Of a DNA stretch of 64,000 nucleotides, positions 8,730-17,545 are shown piece by piece. The notes below the pieces were generated by a model. The model was given only the letters and a program-made list of their open reading frames with translations. It had not been told where the DNA came from and ran no database searches. Source of the stretch: a virus; IMG/VR virus record IMGVR_UViG_3300027798_000016, positions 32,001-96,000 of that record; one strand, given 5' to 3'. Each line of letters begins with the position of its first letter. Position 1 is the stretch's first letter. The position numbers were made by a program, and so were the translations under genes.

Positions 8730-9158
8730 TTACAGCTTGTTTATTATGTGTGAGCCATGTACACGAACACTAATTTGTCCATTGTAATAATCTGTCGATT
8801 CCAATACTTTTCTATCAAATTGTTCTTTGGCCTCTATGTAAGAGCATACAGCCTTTGAATTACAGTAATGTAGAATCTCTCTAATAAAGTTATCTCTACC
8901 AAGAGATTCTACATCTTTGTTCAACTGATCGTTGCTACCGTAGTATTCTTTCCAGTCTGAGTCAATCTTAGAACGAATACGCTTTTTCTTCTTGACTCCA
9001 TTTTTCTGTTTGACCACTTTATAGGTAGTCTTGGAAAACTTTGCTAACTTTTTGCCAACATACATCCGCTGGTCAGTTTTATTTGTTATAAGATAAACAA
9101 AACCAACGCATTCTTCGGGAAGTACATCTACCACAGTACCTTGATACAGCCAAGTCAT
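8730..9158 (-). CDS. Minimal GIY-YIG (Seg-like) endonuclease
   Basis: GFVYLITN...MYVGKK, YYGS, FIREIL...YIEAKEQ and YYNG motifs of the GIY-YIG catalytic module; 142 aa with no appended DNA-binding domain. Confidence 0.8.
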   Translation of the reverse strand: MTWLYQGTVVDVLPEECVGFVYLITNKTDQRMYVGKKLAKFSKTTYKVVKQKNGVKKKKRIRSKIDSDWKEYYGSNDQLNKDVESLGRDNFIREILHYCNSKAVCSYIEAKEQFDRKVLESTDYYNGQISVRVHGSHIINKL

Positions 9159-9346
9159 TACTTGGGAGTTGACAGGGCTTCTTTCTCGGCTGTAATCTCT
9201 TTACGGCGTTCTTTGATTGCTTTGCTCATTTCTTGTAATGCTTTGCGAGCACGAGCGGCCGCGGCTTTGACACCTTTTGCAGTGAACTTTTCGTTTTCGC
9301 TTTTGTAGTTCTCAAACTGCTCTAACAATGTTTCGTGATTTGACAT
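9158..9346 (-). CDS. Small basic protein, histone H1-like Hc1 family
   Basis: EKFTAKGVKAAAARARKALQEMSKAIKERRKEI resembles the Hc1 N-terminal helical motif. Confidence 0.6.
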   Translation of the reverse strand: MSNHETLLEQFENYKSENEKFTAKGVKAAAARARKALQEMSKAIKERRKEITAEKEALSTPK

Positions 9347-9357
9347 TTAATGTCCCC

Positions 9358-11136
9358 TTAGTTAATTTCATTTACCTGTGTGTCAGTATCAAGCATGGTG
9401 AATCCGTTTTCTTTAACAACCATAAGCACATTGTTGACTCGACTGGCCAACTCATCTCTATGTGAAATTAAGAAAATGTTCCGATTCATTTCTCTTCCCA
9501 TGGCTTTTAATACAGCCATCGATGCTTCAATACCAACACTATCCATTCCAGAATCTACCAACTCGTCGATAAACAACAAGTTCATTGGCTCTGTAAAGCT
9601 TTCATACACATCTCTAAAACTCCAGCTTAGTGCTAGAATTAAACGATTGCGTTCTCCCCTACTCAAATTATCAAAATCAAAAGTTTGACCCAATTGACTG
9701 ATATCAACTTCCAAATCGCTTCTAAAAGAAACCTGATGTGGCAATTGTAACTTATCCAAGTAATAACCCAATCTGTGATTCAAATACGCAAGATTCTGTT
9801 CAATAATGCGTTTTCGGACAAATGAGTCTTTGCTTGTAAGTAATTTTAGTAAAAATTCCTGATGCTCTAGAAGCTTACTTACACGGTTAATTTCATCCCA
9901 GCTAACCTCTGCAAGGGCTGTATTTTTAAGAGCACCAATTTGTTCTTGATAAGGATCATGTTCGGCGATCCTGGTTTCCAATTGCTTTTTTGCATTGTCA
10001 AGATTATTTTTATGAGCCATGGCATCTTCAACATTGATATATTTTGTTGAAGGACGATCTGCAAGATTACCAATTTGTTTGACTGTGGCATTGGCCTGAT
10101 CCAATGCTGTTTGTTCTTCGGCCTTTGACTTTTCAATCAGTTCGATGGCATCTTCTGCTTTTGAAATCATCACATCATGTGTTGAATCATGAACCTCTTG
10201 CCCACAGCTGGGACATTGATGATCAACAATGGCTTCTAAATTAGATTGAGCCAAGGTCATGGCATCTGCTAACTTTTTAATGTTGCTCTGATGCATGGCC
10301 AGTTCTTTATTGGCTAACTTTAGGCGACTTTCATTTTCTTTGAATACCACCAACGAGCGATGCGCTTCGAGTTCAGCCTCAATGTCTGTATTTTCTAATT
10401 CCGTGATGGCTGAACCAAAACTGCTGATTTCATCTTCCTTCTTCTTGGTCCAAATACGGCTTCTGCGTTCTAAGTCATCAATGCTGGTTTGTACTCTGAC
10501 ATTACTTTCTTGCAGAGCCTTGATGCGAGCATCTTCATCTCGAATTACTTCTTTGCTAGATTTAATTTGTTCTCTAAGAATTTCAGCCTTCTCACTCAAC
10601 TGTGTGATGCCCAGCAGTTCTTCAATGATATCACGCTGGTCTCCACTCTTGAGACTCAGGAACGGTTGTGTATAAGTGTTCAATGCAACCAAGTGTTTGA
10701 ACATTTCAGCACTCATGCCAACAACTCTATCAATGGCTTCTTGGGTCACTCGGTTTTCGCCCGCACCCTCATCGGTACCTGCTTCACTTACTTCTTGGTC
10801 GTCAACAATGAATCTCAGCAAGTTGGGTTTGCGACCACGCTCAATGGTATACTTGTTGCCGTTTTTCTCAAACTCAACTGTAACAATCATGTTCTTGGCA
10901 TTGGTCTTGTTGATCAAGTTTTCTTTGCGTATGTTTGTGAGTGCAGATCCAAATATGGCATAACTGAGTGCATTGACAATGGTGGTTTTACCCACACCAT
11001 TTCTAGCACCGTCACCGCCCAGGTCTAGATTGTTACCCAGTACCAAGGTCATACCATACTGATCCATACGAAGAGCTTGGGTAACATTACCCACGCTCAT
11101 AAAATTCTTAATGGTTATATTTTTAAACTTGATCAA
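9358..11136 (-). CDS. Recombination endonuclease ATPase subunit (T4 gp46 / SbcC / Rad50-like)
   Basis: Walker A NGVGKTT, coiled coil with CPSCG zinc hook, signature LSRGE, Walker B LFIDELVD, ISH. Confidence 0.95.
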   Translation of the reverse strand: MIKFKNITIKNFMSVGNVTQALRMDQYGMTLVLGNNLDLGGDGARNGVGKTTIVNALSYAIFGSALTNIRKENLINKTNAKNMIVTVEFEKNGNKYTIERGRKPNLLRFIVDDQEVSEAGTDEGAGENRVTQEAIDRVVGMSAEMFKHLVALNTYTQPFLSLKSGDQRDIIEELLGITQLSEKAEILREQIKSSKEVIRDEDARIKALQESNVRVQTSIDDLERRSRIWTKKKEDEISSFGSAITELENTDIEAELEAHRSLVVFKENESRLKLANKELAMHQSNIKKLADAMTLAQSNLEAIVDHQCPSCGQEVHDSTHDVMISKAEDAIELIEKSKAEEQTALDQANATVKQIGNLADRPSTKYINVEDAMAHKNNLDNAKKQLETRIAEHDPYQEQIGALKNTALAEVSWDEINRVSKLLEHQEFLLKLLTSKDSFVRKRIIEQNLAYLNHRLGYYLDKLQLPHQVSFRSDLEVDISQLGQTFDFDNLSRGERNRLILALSWSFRDVYESFTEPMNLLFIDELVDSGMDSVGIEASMAVLKAMGREMNRNIFLISHRDELASRVNNVLMVVKENGFTMLDTDTQVNEIN

Positions 11137-12155
11137 TTGGTAAGTCCCTGATAGATATGTGCCAGTATTTGTTTGTCAATGTGAGCAGAGTCGATGGCCT
11201 GTATTTGATTGAGTACAATTGCATCAACACTTTCAAATTTTATCTCTCCACCAGTCCACTCTGTTGCATGTTCTTCTGTTTTGCCGGGACTCAGACTGAG
11301 TTCTCGCATGTTGTATGCGTCTACCCATTGCTCTTTGATGTAGCTGGCTTCTTCATAACTGATGTCCACATCAATTGTGACTCTGGCAAAGGTTTGATTG
11401 TCAAACAGTTCTGCATGACGGTCAATGGCCTGAGTCAATGTAAGTGTTTTAAACTTGGGTGCTGAAGGCCAGGTTCTAAATTCTGGCTCTCCGCCGTACT
11501 CCAAGAACATACAGCCACGCTCATCATCCCAAGCATCTGCATAGTTGTGTGGAAAGCAATTGCCCATGTACACCACATTGCCTCTGCGCTGTCGTTTATG
11601 GAAGTGTCCTGAGAACACCAGCTCTTGATTGGGAAAGTGTCCTTCGTTTAGTCCACCATGGTCTGGCATTTCTACCATGGCATTCATTTTAAAGTGTGGC
11701 AGTTCAAAGTGTCCAAACACATAGCGACTCTTTAACTTTTTCATGTCCTCCCATTCACTGCCAACCAGCCAAGGAACAATGGTCATGTCACCAATGGTGG
11801 TAATTTCATCTATTAAATTGACATTGCTCAAGTGTTTGGCAAAGGGCAGTGAATTGATCTCTCGCTTCTCTCTGTATGCTAAATCATGATTGCCCATGAT
11901 AACATACACCTGTTCAAAGTTTTCCGACAGATACTTGATATTTGACGTGGTATAGTTAAGAGTACTGACATTGACAGCGGACCTGTTGTTGTGCCAATCG
12001 CCAAGGAAGATGCATGTTTCAGCACCTGCTTGTTTGGCTTCCTGGGTCATCCACTTGATAAAGTTTTCACAATCATCATTATGGGCTCTGCTGTTGTTTC
12101 TTAGGCCAAAATGAATATCTGTAAAGCATACGGCTTTTTTAAAAGGTTGGGTCAT
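11133..12155 (-). CDS. Recombination endonuclease nuclease subunit (T4 gp47 / SbcD / Mre11-like)
   Basis: Phosphoesterase motifs DIHFG, GDWH, GNHD, GHFE and SGHFH; overlaps the gp46-like start. Confidence 0.95.
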   Translation of the reverse strand: MTQPFKKAVCFTDIHFGLRNNSRAHNDDCENFIKWMTQEAKQAGAETCIFLGDWHNNRSAVNVSTLNYTTSNIKYLSENFEQVYVIMGNHDLAYREKREINSLPFAKHLSNVNLIDEITTIGDMTIVPWLVGSEWEDMKKLKSRYVFGHFELPHFKMNAMVEMPDHGGLNEGHFPNQELVFSGHFHKRQRRGNVVYMGNCFPHNYADAWDDERGCMFLEYGGEPEFRTWPSAPKFKTLTLTQAIDRHAELFDNQTFARVTIDVDISYEEASYIKEQWVDAYNMRELSLSPGKTEEHATEWTGGEIKFESVDAIVLNQIQAIDSAHIDKQILAHIYQGLTN

Positions 12156-12158
12156 CAG

Positions 12159-12350
12159 TTAGTGTAACATTTCTGCAAGTTTTTGTCTACATCTTTCTAT
12201 TTCTTCTTTGATGTATAGTTTCTTCTTTTTCATTTCTCGGATCGACAAGTTGTCTTTGTAACTGGCCTCCATGGCATGAATTTTACGATCCATTTCATTG
12301 TGCGAGTTTTCCAAATGACTAATGTGATGTATTAGACTATCAGCATGCAT
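12159..12350 (-). CDS. DUF465/YdcH-like small coiled-coil protein
   Basis: H..MDRKI..ME...I..MKKKKLYIKEEI pattern. Confidence 0.55.
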   Translation of the reverse strand: MHADSLIHHISHLENSHNEMDRKIHAMEASYKDNLSIREMKKKKLYIKEEIERCRQKLAEMLH

Positions 12351-12362
12351 TGTTGACTCTCC

Positions 12363-12731
12363 TTATTGTTTTAAAAATTGAGCCAGTTGTGGTGGCTCCC
12401 ATCCTACAGGTTTTAATACCTTGCCGTCTCTACGCTTACGAACCTTGCCGGTCTCTGAATCAATCTTGGCAAAGTTTGTTTTCATAACTTCTTTCCACGC
12501 ACCTTCTGCATCGGCACCCATGCTGTGTATGGTACCAATGGTGACAACCAATATATCAATCAAGGCATCAAGTGCTTCGACATTGTCATTCATGTCACAT
12601 GCGTGTTTGTATTCTTTATATTCTTCTTCAATCAGTTTTGAGTACAGCACAAACTGAGGTAAGTTGTCCTCACCTACAGTTTGATCGCATGCCCGCATGA
12701 ACTTTTCTTGATCACGAAATGGATTCGTCAT
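12363..12731 (-). CDS. MazG-like NTP pyrophosphohydrolase
   Basis: LIEEEYKE...DALIDILVV, EVMKTNFAK and DGKVLKPVGW; start placed at MTNPF. Confidence 0.8.
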   Translation of the reverse strand: MTNPFRDQEKFMRACDQTVGEDNLPQFVLYSKLIEEEYKEYKHACDMNDNVEALDALIDILVVTIGTIHSMGADAEGAWKEVMKTNFAKIDSETGKVRKRRDGKVLKPVGWEPPQLAQFLKQ

Positions 12732-13668
12732 TTGTTGCTTCCCCTTCATCTACTAGAGTTGCGGCCAATGCTTCTGCATCTTTGAGAGCATTCAGTCGTT
12801 CAACTTCCGCATGGTGATGTTGCGAACTTTCCATCTGACGAGTCCAACTTGGCATTTGTCCTGAGTTCTGTAACATATCATCGCGAATATCACGCTGTCG
12901 TTTTTCTACATTAAGCACACGAGTAAAGCTATTTGTTACTGCGGCAGTGTAATAAGCAAATGGGTTTTGACTTTTGCCTTCATCAAACTGTAGTGCAATT
13001 TGTGTCAGCTGAATCAATGCCTGTCCACGCATTTCATCCACATAGCTGTAGCCTCGCCAGTTACTTCGTAAACTATAACGCTCGCATAGCTTTAAGAACA
13101 TGGCACCTAGTCGATTGGTAATCTGTCCGTGTTCAACAGAAAAATTACCAGTCTTTACATCGCCCTTCCAATGACTACGCAATACTTCTCGCCATGTGCC
13201 ATCTTCGTTGATTACAAAATGTTTGAATGGAGGAAAGTTTACTTTACTACGATGGTCAGCAAGACTTTTAGGATTGTTTTTACGACCTGGTTCCAGTGGA
13301 ATATGTTCAAATGTCATGAGACGAACAACCAAGTCAGCAGTGGGAATCTTCTTGGCTAAAATTTCAAACTCATCTGCCTTTGGCTTGGTACTGGCTTTGC
13401 CGCCTGCGGCTTCCCAATTGGCCAATCCTTGCTTGTGAGCAATTTGGCTCAGCCTGCTGGCTCTGGCTTCTTTGGCCAGATTAATTGCACCTTCGGGACA
13501 AGCTTTTGTTTTTCGGTTATGAAAACTTTTTAAGTCAGCAACGATGTAGTCATACTGTTGAAATTCCAGGGATTCCTTCCAACAGTAACTCATTTTGCTA
13601 CGATGTATTTCTGCAAGAATATCTTTGTTTTTAAGATAAACTGTTTTTGTTTTTTCTTCTTCTATCAC
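12712..13668 (-). CDS. Late transcription sigma factor (T4 gp55-like)
   Basis: YLKNKDILAEI N-terminus, SNWRGYSYVDEM and FDEGKSQNPFAYYT..V.NSF.R.L..EKRQ; adjacent to gp47/gp46 as in T4. Confidence 0.85.
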   Translation of the reverse strand: MIEEEKTKTVYLKNKDILAEIHRSKMSYCWKESLEFQQYDYIVADLKSFHNRKTKACPEGAINLAKEARASRLSQIAHKQGLANWEAAGGKASTKPKADEFEILAKKIPTADLVVRLMTFEHIPLEPGRKNNPKSLADHRSKVNFPPFKHFVINEDGTWREVLRSHWKGDVKTGNFSVEHGQITNRLGAMFLKLCERYSLRSNWRGYSYVDEMRGQALIQLTQIALQFDEGKSQNPFAYYTAAVTNSFTRVLNVEKRQRDIRDDMLQNSGQMPSWTRQMESSQHHHAEVERLNALKDAEALAATLVDEGEATNDESIS

Positions 13669-13687
13669 AATAAGCTCCTTATGAACT

Positions 13688-13716
13688 AGTATAGCAGATT
13701 CATTTTACCTTGTCAA
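13688..13716 (-). promoter_or_regulatory. sigma70-type promoter for the gp55-gp47-gp46 operon
   Basis: TTGACA-N17-TATACT on the minus strand, upstream of AAGGAG and the GTG start. Confidence 0.8.
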
Positions 13717-13744
13717 CGGTAAAGTAGGTACATAATAAGAACGG

Positions 13745-13750
13745 TAAATA
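13745..13750 (+). promoter_or_regulatory. Late promoter of the baseplate operon
   Basis: CGGTAAATA followed by a GGAGA Shine-Dalgarno and the ATG at 13769. Confidence 0.6.
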
Positions 13751-13768
13751 GACATGGAGATACCATCT

Positions 13769-14416
13769 ATGAAGATTACCGATTTACAACCCCGCATCAT
13801 TGCCATTTACGCAGGCCGCTTTCATCCATTTCATCGTGGACATGCTGAAGTGTTTCAAGAGCTGGCCTCCAAGTTTGGCATTAACAATACTTACATAACC
13901 ACCAGCGGGAAGGTAGAGCCGAATAAAAGTCCGTTCACATTTGCAGAAAAATTAATAATGATGCAGGCGGCTGGTGTAACGGCCGATCATGTCACTGAAG
14001 AAACAACTCCGTATGCTCCTCAAAATTTACCGTCTAAGTTAAATTTGAACTCAGACAAAGACATTATGGTGTTTGGCGTTGGACAAAAGGACATGTCCGA
14101 AGATCCAAGATTCACCTTCTCTCCGTTGAAAGACGGATCACCAAGTTACTTTCAGAAGTACACAGGTAAAAACATGATGCCGTTCAGCAACAAGAAAAAT
14201 GATGATGGCACTCGAGCCGGCCACGGATATGTAATACCAGTGTCCGATGTTGAATTCAGCATTGCTGGTAAAAAGATAAACAGCGCCAGCCAAATTAGAG
14301 AGTTGTATCAGAATGCAACCGATGAAGGAAGAACTGTAATCTTGAATGAACTCTATCCAAACGGTGGATCAGCAATCAAAAAAATCAAACGCATCTTTGA
14401 TGCAAAATTAGGTTAA
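13769..14416 (+). CDS. HxGH nucleotidyltransferase (cytidylyltransferase-like)
   Basis: IYAGRFHPFHRGH, SPFTFAEK and INSASQIR. Confidence 0.8.
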   Translation: MKITDLQPRIIAIYAGRFHPFHRGHAEVFQELASKFGINNTYITTSGKVEPNKSPFTFAEKLIMMQAAGVTADHVTEETTPYAPQNLPSKLNLNSDKDIMVFGVGQKDMSEDPRFTFSPLKDGSPSYFQKYTGKNMMPFSNKKNDDGTRAGHGYVIPVSDVEFSIAGKKINSASQIRELYQNATDEGRTVILNELYPNGGSAIKKIKRIFDAKLG

Positions 14417-14417
14417 T

Positions 14418-14975
14418 ATGGCAAAAATAGCAACACCGGTCTCACTTTCATTCAAAGCATTTTCTTCCAACGGAACAGTGGAGTGGCCTGCTACGCCCAA
14501 GATCAATCAAAGCATTGAAGTAAACTACAGCACATGGGAACTTCAGCACACCAACTATCAACCTAGCGCATTTGGCAATCGTGCAACTCCAGTGATCAGC
14601 ATCAGTGGCCCTTGGTTTAGTCGTAGTGCTGAAGAGGCAATTAGAACAATAAATGCCATTCACCTGTTACGAAGTGCCACCAGCATGTACTATGGCCGAG
14701 GTGACCCAAAGAAAGGTACACCTCCTCCCATTGGAAGATTTACAGCACATGGATTCTACAACAATACTCCAGTGGTGGTAAAAAGTTTTAACTATGATTT
14801 CCCCAACGATGTAGATTACATAACTGCTTCAGCATTGGGTGGAACAATGGCAGTACCGGTGTTGTTTGAAATGTCAGTCAGCTTGATTGTTCAAATTAAT
14901 CCGCTGGAAGCTGTCAAAACCTACACACTTGAAAAGTTTCATTCAGGCCAGTTACTTGGAAATGGATACATTTAA
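14418..14975 (+). CDS. Baseplate tail-tube initiator-like protein (gp54/gp48-type)
   Basis: TPKINQS..VNY, GTPPPIGRF and PVVVKSFNYDFPNDVDYI; position in the baseplate operon. Confidence 0.55.
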   Translation: MAKIATPVSLSFKAFSSNGTVEWPATPKINQSIEVNYSTWELQHTNYQPSAFGNRATPVISISGPWFSRSAEEAIRTINAIHLLRSATSMYYGRGDPKKGTPPPIGRFTAHGFYNNTPVVVKSFNYDFPNDVDYITASALGGTMAVPVLFEMSVSLIVQINPLEAVKTYTLEKFHSGQLLGNGYI

Positions 14976-15275
14976 ATGGAAACTGTTGGAATTAATCAGT
15001 ACGCAAATACACCAGTAAACGATTTTTATTTAGATCGCGCTGTATTGCCTGCCGCAGAAGACATGCTCAGAAATAAAACGCCTGAGCTGTTGGTAGTGGC
15101 TCCCAAGTATCAGTACCGCATGGATTTATTAAGTTATGATCTATACGGCACCAGTGAGTACTGGTGGGTGATTGCGCTACTCAACAGAGATCAGATCAAA
15201 GATCCTATCAGAGATTTAAAAATTGGAATGACATTGATAGTATTGTCTAAAAAAGATATTGCTGGAGTAACATAA
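14976..15275 (+). CDS. Baseplate wedge protein (gp53/LysM-like)
   Basis: YRMDLLSYDLYGTSEYWWVIALLN motif. Confidence 0.8.
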   Translation: METVGINQYANTPVNDFYLDRAVLPAAEDMLRNKTPELLVVAPKYQYRMDLLSYDLYGTSEYWWVIALLNRDQIKDPIRDLKIGMTLIVLSKKDIAGVT

Positions 15276-17533
15276 TGGCAACCCGCCCAGGATTCGTTTC
15301 AAATGCCGGTGGCGCCGCATTCGGCAACCCAAACATCACAGCACAAGGACAGCGAGCAGGAGCCACACAGGCAATTCCTGCGCCAAGTGGTGCTGGTGCT
15401 GGCAGAGGAGGCCAAGGTGGCCCAACAGCCGCGCAGTTGGCATCAGTTGGCAACTCGACTCCACCATCTACTCCTTCCACAGGACCAAACACAAAGCCAA
15501 CTTATAATGATGACATAGGATTACCTGACACACATTATAATCCTTTGCAGAATTATAGGAATATGACCTATAACACTAGATTGACAATGATGCCACTGGC
15601 AGAGACCACACTGACTAGACTAGAACGATCGTATGACTATAAAAATGGCATTGTAATGTGGGAAACAGGTGGTGCCGGATCTGTATTCCTAGAAGAACTA
15701 CAAATAGCAGTAGCAGGAACAAAAAATGCCACGGGCAATTACTACACACAACAGCCAACCAGCATCTCTGGTAAAATAGTAGAACCAGTGGGTGGTAGAC
15801 TAATTGAGTCTCTTAGCCTATCTGCAATGAATTTAGGATATTCCACCAATGGTATAGCAATATATTTGCTTGAAGTATGGTTTACAGGATACAATACTGA
15901 TTCAGACATGCCAGAAGTTTGTAAAGGCTGGGAAGGCGAAGAACTAATTTTTCGTTGGTACATTCGCCTGGATGAGTTACATATGAAACTGGACTATAAA
16001 GGTGCAACATATGATTTCAAAGCTGTGCCAAATGATGGCGCCGCAGTTTTGAATGATCACTATACATTAGAAGACGGTTTCAGAATGACTGACGGCCCCA
16101 ATACAATTACACAATTTTGTACATTTCTTGCAAAGGCGCTGAACGACAGAGAAGCAGAAAAAGTAAAAAGCGGACTTCGTTGTATTCCACACAAGTATGT
16201 GATCTCTGCACACAAAGACATTACAAACTTAACATTTTCTTATAGTCTATGGCAGAACGTCACTTCTCTTTGGGGTATGATACCCGGAGAAATACAAGGT
16301 ACACCAGGACAAACAATACAGCAATTCATTACCAATTCAATGCCAAACAGTCCTAACTTATTAAAGTTTCTACATCGTGTTACTGATGGAAAGAAAGAGT
16401 ACAATGCAACTGACACCAATCCAGCTTCAATTCATTTGCCAATGAAGACCCTGGCAATTATTCCAGGATGTAAAGACATTGCGTATGACGAAAAGCTAGG
16501 GCATAGTGCCAAAGAGGTGCATTACTTTTTAACAACTAGAGAAGATGCAACCGCAGTGGTCAGTCCACAGGAATACAAGGATTCTGAAGATCCTAAGAAC
16601 AGGGACAAACGAGTTGACAACTGGATTAAAAAAGGTCTGCTGAGAAAAGTTTATAAGTGGATTTATACAGGTGAAAACATTGAAGTTATCAATACTGAAA
16701 TTAAAATTGACAACATGTGGAGAAGTGTTCGTCCATTATGGATTGACAAAGATGGAAAACCAATTCAAGGTACTGCCGCAACTTCAATACCAGGCAAGCA
16801 GTCAGCTGGTAAAAGCAGTTCAAAGACTGTAACCTGCGCCGCGGCACAAACAGTACAAAAGCCACCGGCAACAAAGGCAACAAGTTACATGGAAGATCTG
16901 CTCTATCGACCAACTGCACCACGAGAAGGTTGGCACCCAACGCAAGCACAGTGGTATCATATGAATACCACAGTACAACAAGGTTCTAACCAAGGTGCGT
17001 TATCTGTGGAAAATGCACAGGAGTACAGTATCTACCGGCAAGTGGCCAATGGCATGAGCGGTGGCGGCGAATTAGTTAAATTAGACCTAGAGGTAGTTGG
17101 AGATCCTTATTGGTTGATGCAAATACCCGGAACGCCAGGTAAGCCGCAACCATGGGAAGATGATGTTTGGGAATACGAAAAGGAACAATTGACAGAAGAG
17201 AAGATGGCTGAAAAGCGTAAATCTGCAAGTACACATACATGGCTAGGAGCATTTTACTTTGAGGCACAAGTGCCCAGTGCAGACAATGGCCCCGATGACA
17301 CAATGGCCTTGCGTAAGAGTGATGCCATAACTGGAATATATTGGCCCTATACAATTGTAAATAGATTTCAGAAGGGAAAGTTTACAACAAAATTGACAGC
17401 AAATAGAGATGTATTGGCAAATCCATGGAAAAAAGATGTTGCCACAAGTAAACCCAATGATACCAAAACCGGTAAAGGTTCTGCCACCAGTGCCGGACCA
17501 ACAACCGCTGCCACGCCAGGCGGCAGACCATGA
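15275..17533 (+). CDS. Baseplate hub protein (gp27-like position)
   Basis: Lies between gp53-like and gp5-like genes; C-terminal LEVVGDPYWL and GIY....VNRFQKGKFTTKL as in hub proteins. Confidence 0.55.
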   Translation: MATRPGFVSNAGGAAFGNPNITAQGQRAGATQAIPAPSGAGAGRGGQGGPTAAQLASVGNSTPPSTPSTGPNTKPTYNDDIGLPDTHYNPLQNYRNMTYNTRLTMMPLAETTLTRLERSYDYKNGIVMWETGGAGSVFLEELQIAVAGTKNATGNYYTQQPTSISGKIVEPVGGRLIESLSLSAMNLGYSTNGIAIYLLEVWFTGYNTDSDMPEVCKGWEGEELIFRWYIRLDELHMKLDYKGATYDFKAVPNDGAAVLNDHYTLEDGFRMTDGPNTITQFCTFLAKALNDREAEKVKSGLRCIPHKYVISAHKDITNLTFSYSLWQNVTSLWGMIPGEIQGTPGQTIQQFITNSMPNSPNLLKFLHRVTDGKKEYNATDTNPASIHLPMKTLAIIPGCKDIAYDEKLGHSAKEVHYFLTTREDATAVVSPQEYKDSEDPKNRDKRVDNWIKKGLLRKVYKWIYTGENIEVINTEIKIDNMWRSVRPLWIDKDGKPIQGTAATSIPGKQSAGKSSSKTVTCAAAQTVQKPPATKATSYMEDLLYRPTAPREGWHPTQAQWYHMNTTVQQGSNQGALSVENAQEYSIYRQVANGMSGGGELVKLDLEVVGDPYWLMQIPGTPGKPQPWEDDVWEYEKEQLTEEKMAEKRKSASTHTWLGAFYFEAQVPSADNGPDDTMALRKSDAITGIYWPYTIVNRFQKGKFTTKLTANRDVLANPWKKDVATSKPNDTKTGKGSATSAGPTTAATPGGRP

Positions 17534-17545
17534 TAAAGACAAAAC

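Noticed and set aside
8078-9158. Group I intron carrying a GIY-YIG homing endonuclease
   Set aside because: An R-like motif is present, but no gene is interrupted: the nuclease start overlaps the upstream gene's stop and the far side is a convergent gene. I could not place convincing P4/P5 or S elements. Kept only as an unclassified structured element.
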